Source: Sphagnum compactum (Eukaryota). From it: a DNA stretch of 64,000 nt. Of this stretch, positions 1 to 14,580 are shown piece by piece (the first letter of the stretch is position 1; the number at the start of each line of letters is the position of its first letter). Under the pieces are notes generated by a model. The model ran no database searches. It had not been told where the DNA came from and was given only the letters and a program-made list of their open reading frames with translations. A program made the position numbers and the translations under genes. Location of the stretch: positions 30,556,213 through 30,620,212 of the forward strand of contig OZ234493.1 in assembly GCA_965153455.1 (NCBI GenBank). Reading direction: 5' to 3'.

Positions 1-589
1 AATTAATTATTTAATATACAATATTATTGATAATTTCATAAATTTTTAACCTATGATTTATTGACACTTGTCACTACCTAGGTTAGGTTGAAAACCTAAC
101 CTATATAGGTAGGTCACGTAATCAACCTAGGCACCTATTCTAGGGAACTAGATAAAGAATATTCGATTAACTTACCATTGTTGACCACACACAACACCAC
201 TCATGAGGTTTGATCCCTTAACCTTTAGAATAGAAACAAACACCATTACCATCAAGCAAACTCATTTGTTGTGATAATATGTTACATTACATTTTATTTA
301 TCAAATGTTTCATTTTAAACATTACAAAACATAAACTTTGAAAATTCATATCTTATTGAGATTTTGTTCAAATGAAATGATTCGAGTTTACTTTTTTTTT
401 AAATTCAATAATGTACAAATTACATTCATTTCCTTTTGAAAGTGTAAAATCGTTTAAACAAAAAAAAAGTTGAATATCATTATTCAATAACATTTCAATG
501 ACCATTCTTTTGAAAAAAAGTTTAATAATTGGATAAAATTTGTGTTAATATAGTAATACTACCTATGCTAAGCTACTTTCAATTATTAT

Positions 590-2400
590 ATGACTAGTTT
601 TTCATTAATTTAAATTATTTCACTCTACATTATTTACGGCTATTTATGGTTATTCTCAAATTTTTGGCTATTTCACTTTATGCTACTTGTGATTATTTTA
701 AGTTACTTTTAGTTATTTTAGCTTATTTCACCTTAAGCTATTTTCGGTTATTGTAAGTTTTTTGGGTTATTCTATGTTATTTTTGGCTATTGTAAATTAT
801 TTCACTTTAAGTTATTTGTAGCTATTATAAGTTACTTTTGGATATTCTAAGTTATTTCATCTTAAGTTATTTTTTATTATGTGAGGTTATTATTGGTTAC
901 TTTTGGCTATTGAAGGCTATTTCACCTTATGTTATTATTGATAATTTTAGGTTATTGTAGGTTATTTCACCTTAAGTTACTTTTGTCTATTATAGATTAT
1001 TTCACATTACATTATTATTGGCAATCCTAAACAACTTTACTATATGGCTATTACTTGTTCTTTTATTGGGGCTATTGGTAGTTATTAATGGCTATTGGTA
1101 CCTATTCTACTGGTGGCTATTAATGGTTATTTTATTAATAGTTATTGGTGGTTATTCTATTGATGACTATTAGTAGTTATTCTGTTGGTGTCTATTGATG
1201 GCTATTCTATTAATGGCTATTGGTGGCTATTATATTGGTGATTATTTTATTAATGGCTATTGGTTGTTATTATATTAATGGCTATTGTTTGTTATTTTAT
1301 TAATGACTATTGGTTGTTATTATATTAATGATTATTAATAGTTATTCTATTAATGGCTATTGGTTGTTATTATATTAATGATTATTAATAGTTATTCTAT
1401 TAATGGCTATTGGTTGTTATTATATTAATGATTATTAATAGTTATTCTATTAATGGCTATTGGTTGTTATTATATTAATGGCTATTGGTAGCTATTCTAT
1501 TAATGGCTATTGGTGGCTATTATATTGGTGGTTATTGGTTGTTATTCTATTAACGGCTATTGGTGGTTATTCTATTGATGGCTATTGGTTGTTATTATAT
1601 TAATGGTTATTGTTTGTTATTATATTAATGACTATTGGTTGTTATTATATTAATGATTTTTAATAGTTATTCTATTAGTGGCTATTGGTTGTTATTATAT
1701 TAATGGCTATTGGTAGCTATTCTATTAATGGTTACTAATGGATATTCTATTAATGGTTATTGATGGATATTCTATTGGTGGATATTGGTGCTTATTAATG
1801 GCTATTATATAAGTGGTTATTATATTGGTGGATATTTTGTTAATAGATATTAGTGATTATTAATGGTTATTATATAATGGCTATTGGTGGCTATTCTATT
1901 AATGGCTATTACTGGATATTTAATTAATGGAGATTGGTGGTTATTAATAGTTATTGTATTAGTGGCTATTGGTGGCTATTCTATTTATGACTATTGGTAG
2001 ATACTGGTGGTTATTACTCGCTATTATGTTAGTGGTTATTGGTGGATATTTTATTGGTGGTTATTACTCGCTATTATATTAGTGGTTATTGGTGGTTATT
2101 CTATTAATGACTATTGGTGGTTATTCCATTGTAAGCCATTGGTGGCTATTGATGGCTATTGATGGTTATTCTATTGGTGGCTATTAATGGTTATTTTATT
2201 AATGATTATTAGTGATTATTATATTATAAGTTATTGCTGGTTATTATATGTTATATTACGACTATTGGTGATTATTCTATTATAAATTATTGTTGGATAT
2301 TCTACATTGTAATATCCTAGGTTATTGTTAGTTATTATATTATAAGGTATTGTTAATTATTTGTCATAGGTTATTATTATTTATTTTACCTTAGGTCATT
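590..2400. repeat. Degenerate AT-rich minisatellite (GGYTATT-based, ~25-bp unit with 50-bp higher-order repeat)
   Basis: Continuous ggctatt/ggttatt motifs. A 50-mer (tatattaatgattattaatagttattctattaatggctattggttgttat) occurs three times exactly at 1321-1370, 1371-1420 and 1421-1470. Confidence 0.9.
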
Positions 2401-4517
2401 ATATTTTATTTTAAATTATACTTAGAATAAAATAATTTATAATAACATAAAGTAGAACGACCTTGAATAACTTAAAGTATAACTTGAAATAACATATATT
2501 AATTTAAAACAAAATAACGTAAGGTATAGCCTAAGGTTAGTTGAATAATTTAATTTAAAAATTTAAAAACTTATAATAAACTAGTTAAAATACCTTAAGG
2601 TAAAATAATGTATCATAGTTTAGGGTACAATATTTTATAATAACCTATAATAACTTATAATAACATAAGGTATAAGTTAAAATAACTAAAATAGTTAAAA
2701 ATAATATAAGATATATCATAAAATAACATATATACAATTTTTTAAAACATAAAAATAAACCTATTTACTACAATAAATTGTAATAACAAATTATGTTAAT
2801 TAGTAATGAAACATGATGTTTACATAGTGATATTATAGTGAAATAACTTTCACCAGGGTGAAATCAGTAAAATGCAATGAAGTTATTTCATTTTTAAGGT
2901 CCCAAAATTATTTAAGGTAGTGAACGGCACCCCACTTTTGTGGTAGTGTTTGTATGGAACAAATGATGATGTGAAATAATATTGTAATGTTTTCTTTTCA
3001 TTCAATTTATCCCATATCTTTTGACAATAAGTTCAACTTTAAAAACTATATAAGTAAATGAATGAATATTAGTCTACACATGATACATGCACTAATTATA
3101 TTCAAAATGCAAGTACTACTTGTGATGAGCCAATTGAAAAAGCTTGTGTCAAAAAAAAAAATCCTACTTACCTACTTATTAAGGCGTATTTACCTACTTA
3201 TGCATGTCTACCTACCTACCAAAACTTTTAGGCTACCTAGGATTAAGCTACTTAATTTAGTTAACATAATTTTGTAGGCTAACCTAGGCTATTTAAGGCT
3301 CTAAAATAAGCAAGGTTAATAAGCTATGTTAATAAATAGGTAGCTAGATTGTCAACATGGTTTTATTATGCTTAAACACATGTCTACATGTTATAAGACA
3401 ATCAATACCTACTATTTAATTATATATTTCAAATTGTAGTAATAAAAGTCACATGATTAATGGCATAAATTATTATGACCAGAATTATTACCAATGGCAT
3501 AAGTCACAAGTTTGATTTCACTACATATTTATGTAGTAATATGTGACCTACATTATCAAAGACACAATAAAATGTGAAGTAATATATGCCATGTTTTGGC
3601 ATATTGTTTATTATCTTTGATATGAAAAACCCATTGATTTTTTCAATCGTCACATCCTTGTTATTAAGCTTCTTAACATTATCATTATCATTCACAAGGC
3701 CTTTATGTGCTACAAACTAGATGACATTCATTGTAAGTATCTAGAAGCTTTCAACAAATCCCAAAACAAACCTTAAACTCAATAATGCACGAACCAATCT
3801 AACAAGCTTTTGAAATGGCCATTGAGAAATAACCATGGGTTATCCAAATCCAATGATGGTTCAAAGCAAGAGCAACTAGGCACACAAATTCTATGTTTCA
3901 ATGGTGAGGAATTTGAACAAAAAGTTCAACACATGCTCAAGGCTCTATATTGTTCAAGGAATTACAACAACAAATGCTTGAATCTTGCACGTGAATAAGC
4001 AAATGCACAAACTACATCTAAGTGAGAAGCAACAAAACTTAACCAAGAAGATTTCAAATAATACGTTTTGTGCCTTGTGGCTTGGGAATCTTGAACTATT
4101 TGGCCCTATGGTTATTGGAGATACTTTTAACATAATTGTGCCCATCGCCAAAATTGACTAATATATTTATGGATTATTGTCACTTGAGCAACATCACAAA
4201 ATTGACCAAAAAAACATTAATATGATATAGGTATCTTTTATGCATAATTTACAAAACTAAAAAAAGTTATGGATTGGTATAATGAACTCATGGACTTTCA
4301 CCCCTTGATAACAAGATTTTGTATGGACTTCAGAATGATTGATTGGTAGACACTCCAATTCAATTAGACACAATCAATAAAATCAAGTTCTAAGAATTTT
4401 GTAACATGTCAATAGTAGGTCATTTTTAATGAATTAATTTCAATGTTAGAAAAATAAGTATTTTCAAAAGTGTATATAATTATGGAAAAATATTTGTTTG
4501 ATGTTAGATTTGTGCAG

Positions 4518-4541
4518 ATATATATATATATATATATATAA
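4518..4541. repeat. (TA)n microsatellite
   Basis: Direct reading. Confidence 0.9.
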
Positions 4542-6743
4542 TTGGGAATACACACCTCCTTAAAATTAATGGATTGTTGTTACTTAACCACTTAATCTTT
4601 TCTGAATAAAAAATAAATGAAAATAGATTTTGGGTGATGTTTTTACATATCACAAAATGAGTGACCTTAGCTTGCCCTCACCTTTAAACATGTTATGTGA
4701 AAAATGACATGAATTGGTACTTGTTTTAAATAATTTAACATTCATTAACAACTATTTAACATTAGGTGTGAAGGGTGCTTTATTAGGTAATTTAATTTTT
4801 GGAAGGGTACTAGTGTAATTAAACCCCTTCAAATCCAATTTTAGGTTACCCCCTTTCTTTGAAAAAGTTTCACTCTGTTTAAGGGGAGCTCTTAGTTTTG
4901 ATTCAAATATTTGGAGACCAACAAGCATGATTCTATTTTATGGGAACCCAAAACATCTTTTCCCCAATTTCCTAGGGAAAAAAACACAAATGAATTATTT
5001 GCGGGAAATTATTCATGAGCTCAGGAGCATATTTGGCAGAATAGTAAATTATTTTGGGTACAAGCTTTGAATTGGGAGCATTTATATGGTGGCAATACTA
5101 GTGTTAAATATGACTTTAAAAAAAATTAAAAAAAAATTCCATTTGACTACATTTCCAATTTAATATACTTCTGATTAATGGTTTTGATTAATCCTTGTAT
5201 TATTATGTTTAAACTAGAAATGTGGGTAGAATTAAGGATTTTGTTGGCAATATACTCATCCTAGCTAGATATGTGGTATCTAATTCATGGTCTACATTAT
5301 AACAACCCACAATTATATAATGGGCAACATGAAAACGGAGGCAAAGTCTAACTAACATAAGCCCAATTTGAAAAACTTATTTTTCTTCAACATTTTTCAC
5401 AAACTTGGTGGCTAACAATAGTTTTATAATGTAGACAAATACATAATTCAAATGATGCAAGGATTGGATTTCATTTGGCAATCTAATTCAGCTCAAATTT
5501 TTTTGTCACAATTTTAAAATATTTAGCTACAAGTGAATTTAAAGAAAAGACATTTTATTATAAAATTTCCCCCCTAAGTTCCATTGTCCAAGTACCAGAT
5601 AGTCTTTTGAAGGAAAGATAGGTGGAAAAGAAGAAAGAAGAGAAGTATTGAGATCCTTATTTCAGTGGTTTTTTCTTTTGAAGATAAGTATTTATCTTAG
5701 CGGGTTCGGGTGGAAATCCAATCCATTTTGCCCATGAGGCATGAGGCATGTTATTTTTATCAAGCTATCTCCATTGTGCACAATAAGATTCATTTGGTCC
5801 TAGGGAAAGACTTAGGCCCACTTTCAATTGGGGGTCCTGGGTCCAAATTCCTAAGAACCAATTTGACCCCATTTGAAGCAAATTGAACCTTGAGTTGGAC
5901 CCTAGCTTGCATCTTGTTTCTTCAAATGATGAGCTTCTCCTCGATAGCTCCTTTGTTTTGGGGTTTGAAGCAATTGGGTTTCCCTCCAAAATGGTGCCAT
6001 GTAGGTTTAACCTCAATTGGGCACTTTTTGGTCTCGGACTCTCATCGAAAGGGCGTGGGTCCAATTTATAGCTCTCATCCAATAGGATCTTGCTCTATTT
6101 GATTAGACCAACCTGGACCTTGGACCCTCATCTAAAGTGGCCCTAAGTTCCATGAACATGGACGTAAAATGCAAGTAGATTCCTGTTAAAATAGGAAGGC
6201 CACTAACTACTTGAGGATCCTTTCACTCAATCATAACACTTGACTTCACTCCACATGGTTTTTGCATTCAATTGATGGATTGCATGCAAAAGATATGGAA
6301 GGTTAAAAATCAAGTCTTCTTCCAATCACAACAGTAATAAATTGTGTTTAAAAAAAGCATTTTGGGCCAATGAGATTTGTTCTTGCAATTGTATTGAAGA
6401 GTTGTCTTGAGTGAAGTAGCACACAAGCTTGCAACAAACAACCCAGTACAACAAGTAAATTGCAACTTCATCATCCATTCAAGACAAAGCCAACATTGCA
6501 AAATTAAAATTCAAGCCACCAATTTGAACAATCTCATTCACCAAAAGGATCCTTCTTCACACCTGAAGCATATAGCCCAATTCCAAGGTCCTCCAAACTT
6601 GTGTGTATTTTTATATACATTCATACTATAGAACCTTTTTGTCTTGTAGAGACATGGTTAAATATTAGGGGCCTCTACCTACTGAAGTGATCAAGGGTCA
6701 AACAATGAGAATGCTTATTATAGATTGAGCAAATCAAACTTGC

Positions 6744-6778
6744 TGAGTGAGTGAGTGAGTGAGTGAGTGAGTGAGTGA
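6744..6778. repeat. (TGAG)n microsatellite
   Basis: Direct reading: tgagtgagtgag... Confidence 0.9.
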
Positions 6779-7430
6779 ATGAAGAGAAAAGAAAGTGGGA
6801 AAAGACAACTACGAAAGGAAATCAAACCTATTTGAAGGATGATGTGTGGGGAGCACAATGAGCATAGCACATCAAGCAAAGGAAGTTCAAACTTTTTACA
6901 AACCTGTTCAAAGGACAATCACCAAGTTTTTTGAGAAATGAATGAAAATGGGTGCATCAGATTTTGTTATAGTTTTAGAGTAAAGAAACATGACTCTAAT
7001 CCAAAATCACATGCCCAAACTTTGTTTTGCTTGGGTGTTCATTCATGATGATTTATGCATTATCTGTATGTACCAGAGTATACATACTTTAGCAGCTTTG
7101 ACACTAATTATTATTATTATTATTATTATTTTCAGATGTTGAAAAATTTTCAAAAAATATTTTTTTCAAAGAACAAACATTTTGTTGAAGGAAACCTTTT
7201 AAAACACACTATTTTCTGACATGCAAATTTCAAAATAAAATATTATTATTCAACACTGAAAAGCTAAAAAAGTTGCCATGGTACTACAATACCAGGCTGG
7301 TACTGATATTACCTCAAGTCTCTACACCAGAGACTAGTACTGGTATAAGGCTGGTATTGCTACCAGTGGTGATACCAGGCACAGCCCTATATACAAGACC
7401 AACACTGGTATATATGCACACATTTAGACC

Positions 7431-7431
<1 letters not shown>

Positions 7432-7470
<39 letters not shown>
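7432..7470. repeat. (AC)n(AT)n compound microsatellite
   Basis: Direct reading. Confidence 0.9.
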
Positions 7471-8229
7471 ATGTGTGTTTTTGTCTCAGTTTGCCAATCC
7501 AAAAAGTTCCTCCATTCCACAATTGGAGCTCCATTGTTGCTCAACAATGAGCAACAATGGAGTAGGCACACAAGCTGAAGCTATCACACAAGAAGAAGCA
7601 ATTTGCAGACATAAAAAAGAAGAACAATTGAGATTTTCTTTGCTGTCCTGTCTCCCCTACTAGTCCCCAACCCCCCCCCCCCCCCACATGTTCTTCTCCT
7701 CCAGGTTTCATGTTGTTCCAGGCAACTGACACAAAACCAGCAACTCTTTTCTTGTCTCACCCAATGGCTGATGATGGGCTTTTTGTTGTTGTTTGCTATT
7801 GGGTCTGTTTGGGAACTGAATTTTTCCAAATGATTGAAGAAGGCCTAATAATGTTGTCTAGAATGGTGTTCTTTGTTTTTGGGGGGGGGTGGGGGTGGGT
7901 GGTCTTAAGTCTTATACAGTGTATTTAGTCTGGTATATTGGGTATGAAAGTTTTGAAAAAGCACCCAATACAAGTATTACACGCCTGGTGTGGAAATTTT
8001 TTTATTAAAAAAAAAATTATTATTAAAAAAAAATAATAATCATAAAATCCTGGCTTATTATACCAGGACTAGGCTGGTATGTTACTCAAAAGTGGTAACC
8101 AGACCAACATTGGTCTTATTAGTAAACAAACTCTCTTGCCATTTGAGATGCACCAAAGCAAACAAGAGCCTCTCAAGGTTTGATGCTTCCATAGTTGGGG
8201 GCTGGAATGAACCACCATCCGCGGCCACC

Positions 8230-8480
8230 AGCACACCATCCATCCATCCATGAGGGATGGATGGTGGGTGAAATAAAAAACACTTTTTCCATTCGGTCCC
8301 AGTTCCCTAGCTAACCATGGTGGTTATATCTCTTGTTTATAGTTTATTAATAATCAGCCCAGGAGCCCTAATGTAAGGGTACTTACTAACCATCTACATG
8401 CATCTCTACCTACATCTTTTAGAGGATTTTAAGTTACCAAGGTGAAACCCGATGTCAACTCCAGTTGCAGTTAGTTCATC
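8230..8480 (-). repeat. Copy of a dispersed non-autonomous repeat (other copies at ~14860-15090 +, ~34490-34565 +, partial ~45640-45760)
   Basis: The reverse complement of 8251-8316 (GGAACTGGGACCGAATGGAAAAAGTGTTT...CACCATCCATCCCT) aligns by eye with 14885-14936 (gcaactagacccaatggaagagtgtttc...caccatccatccct) and 34507-34558. Confidence 0.7.
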
Positions 8481-9558
8481 CATAAGTGAGTTATATAACA
8501 AGCTTATTAAATGGATGATGATCATTGGTGAGGCTTATTAATGGATGGTCATTGGTGTGGCTGTTTTGGTTCACTTTGCCTCGTAGTTGGTTGATGGGTG
8601 CATGGGGTGCATGGGATCATGTACCCCCCCCCCCTTCTAACCTTTGGATTGCTTCCTCCCCCAATCATTGTGCAAGTAGGTAGCCTAATAAACCTATGTC
8701 ACAATTAGTTAGACTACGGGGGTACTCAAAAATTAAAAAACCAGTTTTGGGGGGCATTAGCCAATCCCATCATTAGTTTCTACGTAATTGTTTTTTTGGG
8801 TTTTTATTTCCTTTTAAAAGAAAAAAAAAAAGGCCTACTTAACTAAATATGCACCGCTGTCGTCATCAAGGCCTCATTACCTAGAAAGACCCGGCCTTCC
8901 GCCCGCGCGATTACCGGCTTCCGCCCGTCATAACGCCGGGTAGCTTCTCTATCTCTCCTCCCCCACCCCCCGCGCCACACTCTCTCTGTCTCTCTCTTCG
9001 TGTGTGGTTTCTTGCGTCGTTTTGTGCGCAAGCACTTGGAAGTGTTTTTTTTCTCCATTTCTCGATCGAACGCTCTTCTCTTCGGCTGCTGCAGTTTGTG
9101 GAAGCAAACAGTATACCCGTAAGCTTAACACTCCCTTTTTGTTTTGACATTTTAAAATTTTATTTTTGGAGGTTTGATATTATTATTGTGCTTTGTGTTT
9201 GTATATTTTTGGTTCCTAGAACTTGCGACTTTTTTTTTTTCCCCCTTTTGTTCTGAGGTTCTTTTTTGAGATTTTCTAAAAAGAAGAACTCGATGTATGA
9301 GGATAGTCTTACGACACCAGCAATCAGCATTCAGCCGAGCTTTGCCTGCTGCATTTGCACGCGGAAAGCAAGAGAATCGAGCCAGGGCGGATTTTTCTTC
9401 TTCTTCCTCTGCCATGGCTGCTGTCGTGGTGCTTAATAGCGGCTCGTAAGCTTGCTTGCTGATATTAAGTCTTTTGCGGCCTCGTTTTGTTTCGATTATC
9501 ATCATCATCATCATCATCGTCAGCATCATTATTATGAGCCGACTTGGTAGAGTCGGAT

Positions 9559-12500
9559 ATGGCGGCGGCTGAGAGGAAGCCGATCATGCCTTCTTCCTCT
9601 GGCAAAGTTGAACCGGAGTCGAGCATGATCGATCAAATAGCTCAAGTTCTGCAGTTGGTGCAGAAAGAAGCTCCTCTCTCGAAGAAGCAGGCACGGCATT
9701 ATTGTTACCATTGCCTTCTTGAGAAGATATTCACCTGCTTATAAGAAGAAGAAAAAGTTCGCCGCTACTGTAGAGACTGCTATTGTTACTTGCATTTGTT
9801 GTTAAGATTTTGCAAAATAATTTGTCAGCAGTCAAGTTCAAGGTCAAGCAAGTTTCTGTTGGTTTTTTCTGAAGATGTGTCGCAGTCAGTGCTCAGGGTT
9901 ATTGTCCTTTTGAACATCACTATGGCAGGCTGCTTTCTGCGATGACGCTTGCGTGGAGCGCTATTTGAAAGCGCGGGGGAACAATTGCCGTAGGGCTGCA
10001 AGATTGCTCAAGGCCACTCTCAACTGGCGGGAAAAGATCAACATTGGTAATGTCATTTTCCTTCCACACACATTTGCTTCAAATAGTGGATATACACTTA
10101 CACAACTGCTATAGGGCTCGTAAAAATCTATTCTTTTGATGTGCTGTAAGCAAGCGCGGCTGATCGCCATCTGATCGGAAAAGTACTCCATGTGTGACTT
10201 CCTATGGACAGGTTACTTGATAGCAGATGAATTCCCCGCTGAACTTGCGGCAGGAGCTGCCTATGTTGCTGGCTTCGATGACGATGGTCGTCCTGTGTTG
10301 GTATGTCCTGCAATATTTTACAATGCATCTTGGGGAATAATGTGATTTTGCCTCTTATGTTCTTGGGATTGTATCCCTGTTTGGTGGCAACTGGAGGCTA
10401 GGTTACAGCTCCCACTGCATTTTTTGCATTGTTTCTTCAGATTGCAGCCTTCAGCATCTCCAGATATGGTTATGCCGGGTTTTCATGTGGAGATTTTAGA
10501 TGTTTCTACCACTTTGACAATGCACATTTCCCTCAGTCAATAGTATTGGTTCCATGTTGTGCCTCGTGTTCCTGTTTGATGCTGAAAATGGGTGCTCACC
10601 ACTGTGCATCTGAAGTCAGCTCCATGAACAACCTTCTGGGCTGCTGTTCAGAGTCTTGTGCAGTCTGTTTCGCGGTCTAAAGTACACTCGTAGACGAAGT
10701 TGAATTTTCTTGCAAGAAGAGCTGGTCTTCTGATACCTCTGCCCTGTTTTATTATTGCAGATTATAAAGAAGAAATCAGATCACATCACCAATCATACTC
10801 AGAAACAGTAAGCTTTTGGTTATGGGTAGAAATGAGAATGAGCAGGTGTGCTTGGACAGTATTTTTGATCTCCATACTGTGCAATATCTATGGGAAGACA
10901 TGTATCTCGTTTGATTATGTGAGTCAACTTGTATGTCTTGAAGTAGGGTTTGGTCAGGAAAGTGCAACACTGGAGTGATTGTGCATGTCTTAGGGACTTC
11001 ATCATTTAGTGGTTGAACAGCAGTTGAGTGGTATTTGATTGGAGTATTGGTGATTGAACAGATATCTAAGGTTTGTGATCTTCACACTGGAGGTTGCTGT
11101 GGCTGCGATGCCTCCAGGAGTTGACCAATGGGTCCTCATTCTAGATGCTGGGGGTAAGCTTCCTTTTTCTCGTTGTCCTTCACTGATTCACTTCAATGAC
11201 TCGGGCCAGAGATAACTTTCATTGAAACCCAGTTGACATGGATATTCAGCAGCTTTCTCTTTTAAGGAGTGAAACTAAAACCTGATGCATTACTGTGGCA
11301 CAAAAGCACTGCATAGCTTATGATCACACATGCTGCTAGACTTAACCTACTACTTTGACCACTTCTGTTGTGCTGGGAGTGCAAATCATGGAAGTGATGG
11401 AGGGAAAAAAGTACAGCATGCTCCTTAGCTTGTGCATTGTGCTGAAGTCTCGCTTCCATGAGGTCATGCAATATTCTGAAGGCTGGCTTCCATCCTTTTT
11501 GATGCCAGAGCTTCTCTAAAGTCAGAACATGGCTTAGATGGAAAGGACTGGTGGACACAGAACCTGTGTAGAAAGACTCATCTATTAGGTCTTTGCTTGC
11601 ACATATCATGATTGTCCTCCTATTTGGACTGTAGGATAGCTCCAATCCATATCTGCATGATACAGGATGTCCTACAGAGAGGATGGTTGACAAGAAAGAC
11701 AGTAAATTTGTTTCACAGGGAAAAAAGTGGCAAAAAGTTACTAATACTTCACACTCTTGCTTTTACAACTGGTAGTGAAGCAACAGTAAATTGTATACAT
11801 TACTGCTGGTGTGAGGCATGAGAAGTCACAGTTATTATTAGTGAGTTTTATGTGGTCATGCACTTACACTGGGCAATTGGGTCCAGGCTACTCAAGGATC
11901 AGTGCTCCATCTCCAAGTGGAATTCTTGCCACATTAAAGATTCTTGCTGATCATTATCCAGAGAGGCTGGCAAAAGCCTTCATTGTGGACGCCTCCTCTA
12001 TGTTCTACTATGTTTGGAAGGTGGGCAGGCTACTCTGCATATGTATGAACTGGTAGAATTGCATCTGCTGCAACAGAACTGTGAACACCATGCCAAGTCT
12101 TAATGTCATTACTGACCTAGATGAAATTTTGCCATTTAAAAAGCGTTTCCAGAATCTTCCAAGGCATTGACTGACTTTCGGACAATCCAGGGAATTTGCA
12201 CGTTTGTTGACCACTCCACACGAGGAAAGTTGAGCTTTGCATATCTGAAAGATTACAGGCTACCTTTAAAACCACAGCAAGCTCTCAGGGTCACTCCTCC
12301 ACCCTCACCAACTACTCCCTCTCCTAAACAGGCCTGTTTTCCAGACAATTCCAGACTTCCAAGCTCTACTTACAACTCCACCCCAGGTCAGTTCTGGAGT
12401 TTCTTGATCTGATAGGTCTTTGATGACTGACATCAACTTTCCTTTGTATGTAATATAGTATTGATGTTGGCATCCTACTTGTGTAGGACTCATCTTTCTT

Positions 12501-13108
12501 GTGTGTCATGCTTTTGTCTATCTTAGAATTCTGCAGCAAATCTCAAATTTGAAGTTGGACAAGCATTTTTTCACATTTGTCTACTGCAGCCTCAAATACT
12601 AAAACTGAATGGTTCCATTATGTTACCTGCAGGTTCTGGTGAAATTCTTCATTCTCCTTTGTATGATGCACATTCTCCAGAGATAAGCATGAATGACTTT
12701 GGAGATGAACCTGAATTGATATCCAGTGTTAGGCAAAGGTCTTTTTCTTTTTCTTCAGCAACTGATCCCACACAGCACTTGCCAGAACCAAAAGAAGAAT
12801 GTTCAGCTAATTCCATTAAGGACAATCTGTTGGTACGCAACTCTGATGTTCCAGTCTCAGTTCCTGCAAGAACAAGGAGACAAAAAGCTCCCTCGTCAGA
12901 TGGTTTGTTATCAATACGACATTCAAAGAAGAATCCAGGGGGTTTATTAGAGGAAGACGGAAACAGAGGTGTCAACATATTCCAACCTTACTTGAAGTTT
13001 CTCCTGGCACCTTACGATCAGGCCACATACAGAGCATTGATGAAGCCTCCCCTTGGTGGGCTGGCATCTATAATCTCTAGAGATTTGAAGTACCAATATG
13101 ATTCCTGA
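9559..13108 (+). CDS. SEC14-like / CRAL-TRIO domain lipid-binding protein, 8 coding exons
   Basis: Exons 9559-9690, 9929-10046, 10212-10300, 10761-10807, 11062-11153, 11887-12020, 12191-12386, 12633-13108 join in frame: ...[24 protein letters not shown]...ATLNWRE...[14 protein letters not shown]...[25 protein letters not shown]...[31 protein letters not shown]...[17 protein letters not shown]. These motifs are typical of plant CRAL-TRIO proteins. Intron 1 is GC-AG. Confidence 0.9.
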
Positions 13109-14419
13109 CACCATCTAGACCTAGGTTTAGCTGTGCAGATGTCATGGATGCACCTCACCCTAGTGTTCACATTCCTTGTTTACCATTAAGTACTTGAACT
13201 TTTCTTGTGTCTTCTTTCCATGGGGAAAAGAATGAAGATGCCTTCGTGTTAATTGTGTTCATCAGAATTTTAGCAAGTAGTCAGTCACCGTGCTGGTTCT
13301 TTGTTCGCTGGAATTGCAACTCAGTTTAGTTTCCAGCTGTTTCAGAGAGGGTACAGAGTCAGGAAAAAGTCTGTTATCTCAGCTTGAAGGGAGGAGTTTA
13401 CAGATTTGGAACTGTTGATCAAATTCATGGTTGGAACTTGGAACTCATCTATCCTTTTGGATTTGTGCATTGATGTTGACACTAATTAGCATGTCAACAT
13501 CAATGTTGTGTGTGTGGCGAGCTGAATTGATCAACTGGTTCCAATGGCCTCCCATGTGTAGGTCAATTTGGAAGAAGAAAGCAACATGGCAATTGAGAGC
13601 AAGAAATAACTATGTTTACTTCACATCATGGTATGGTCTTCCTGTGCATCCCTTTTTTGGCTTACACTAGTGGGTTGACAGATTTCAAGAGATGTCAAAT
13701 TGTACCAGAGGGTTAGAGTGTTGTGATATGTACACGATACCAAGGCTTTGCAATTGCTCACAATTGGCATGAACCTTGAAGCCAAAGAGAGAGGCTGCAA
13801 AAGACCAATTGTATTCAATTGAATGCGTAGGTCAATTGAAGCATTGTAGTAAATGGTTGACCACTTTGCTAAGTGCTTCCCAGAAGTAAGAAACCCAAGC
13901 ACTTGCCCGCCAGTTAGCACACTGACACTTGTCCATGAAGAGCCATATAACTTTTTCCAATGCTCTTTGTGTTGTAAGAACATGGCCTGCACCAGCCCCG
14001 TAACTGTATTTAGCACATCCACTCTGCACTGTTTAGATTCTCCCCCATCCTCATCCGTGAACCTGAAAAGATGGATTGTTTAGAGTGAGACCAATTAACT
14101 CTCGCCACCTGGGCCACTCATTGTGGTTGGTCAATGAGACGCAGTCATTTATTGCTGAGAAACAGTCATTTCTTGTGACAGGTTCTCTTGCAGGGCACTC
14201 TGAAAATGTGAATTTTAACCAGCCCAAAGAAGATTCACAATATTTTTCTGTAGATCTTTATCCAAAAAGGAGTTTAAAGGTCAATTTATTGCTGCTGTTG
14301 GGCTGCCGATGTTGGACTCTAAGACACATTGCCAAAATGCTAAGTCAACATTTATCACTTTTGTCATGTTGGCTTTGCTAACTTGCTGGCAAGTCCACAT
14401 TGTGGTGTATGGCCAACTA

Positions 14420-14580
14420 CACACTGCCAAATCATGACCTCTACATGACCAGTGCCACCAAATCACAAACTCTACATTGTCAGTGCTGACAGCAAGTCCA
14501 CAATGCTGTATCATCTACTCCATGCTGCCCAATCACCAACTCAACACTGCCAAATCATGAACTCTATATCATCAGTGCTA
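14420..14580. repeat. Short degenerate direct repeats (~33-36 bp: cactgccaaatcatga.ctcta.at...cagtgc)
   Basis: Copies at ~14421-14455, ~14456-14487 and ~14544-14579. Confidence 0.7.

Noticed and set aside
3720..6180. Short ORFs and GC-richer patches upstream of the first gene
   Set aside because: They are fragmented, with no recognisable domain or consistent splice chain.
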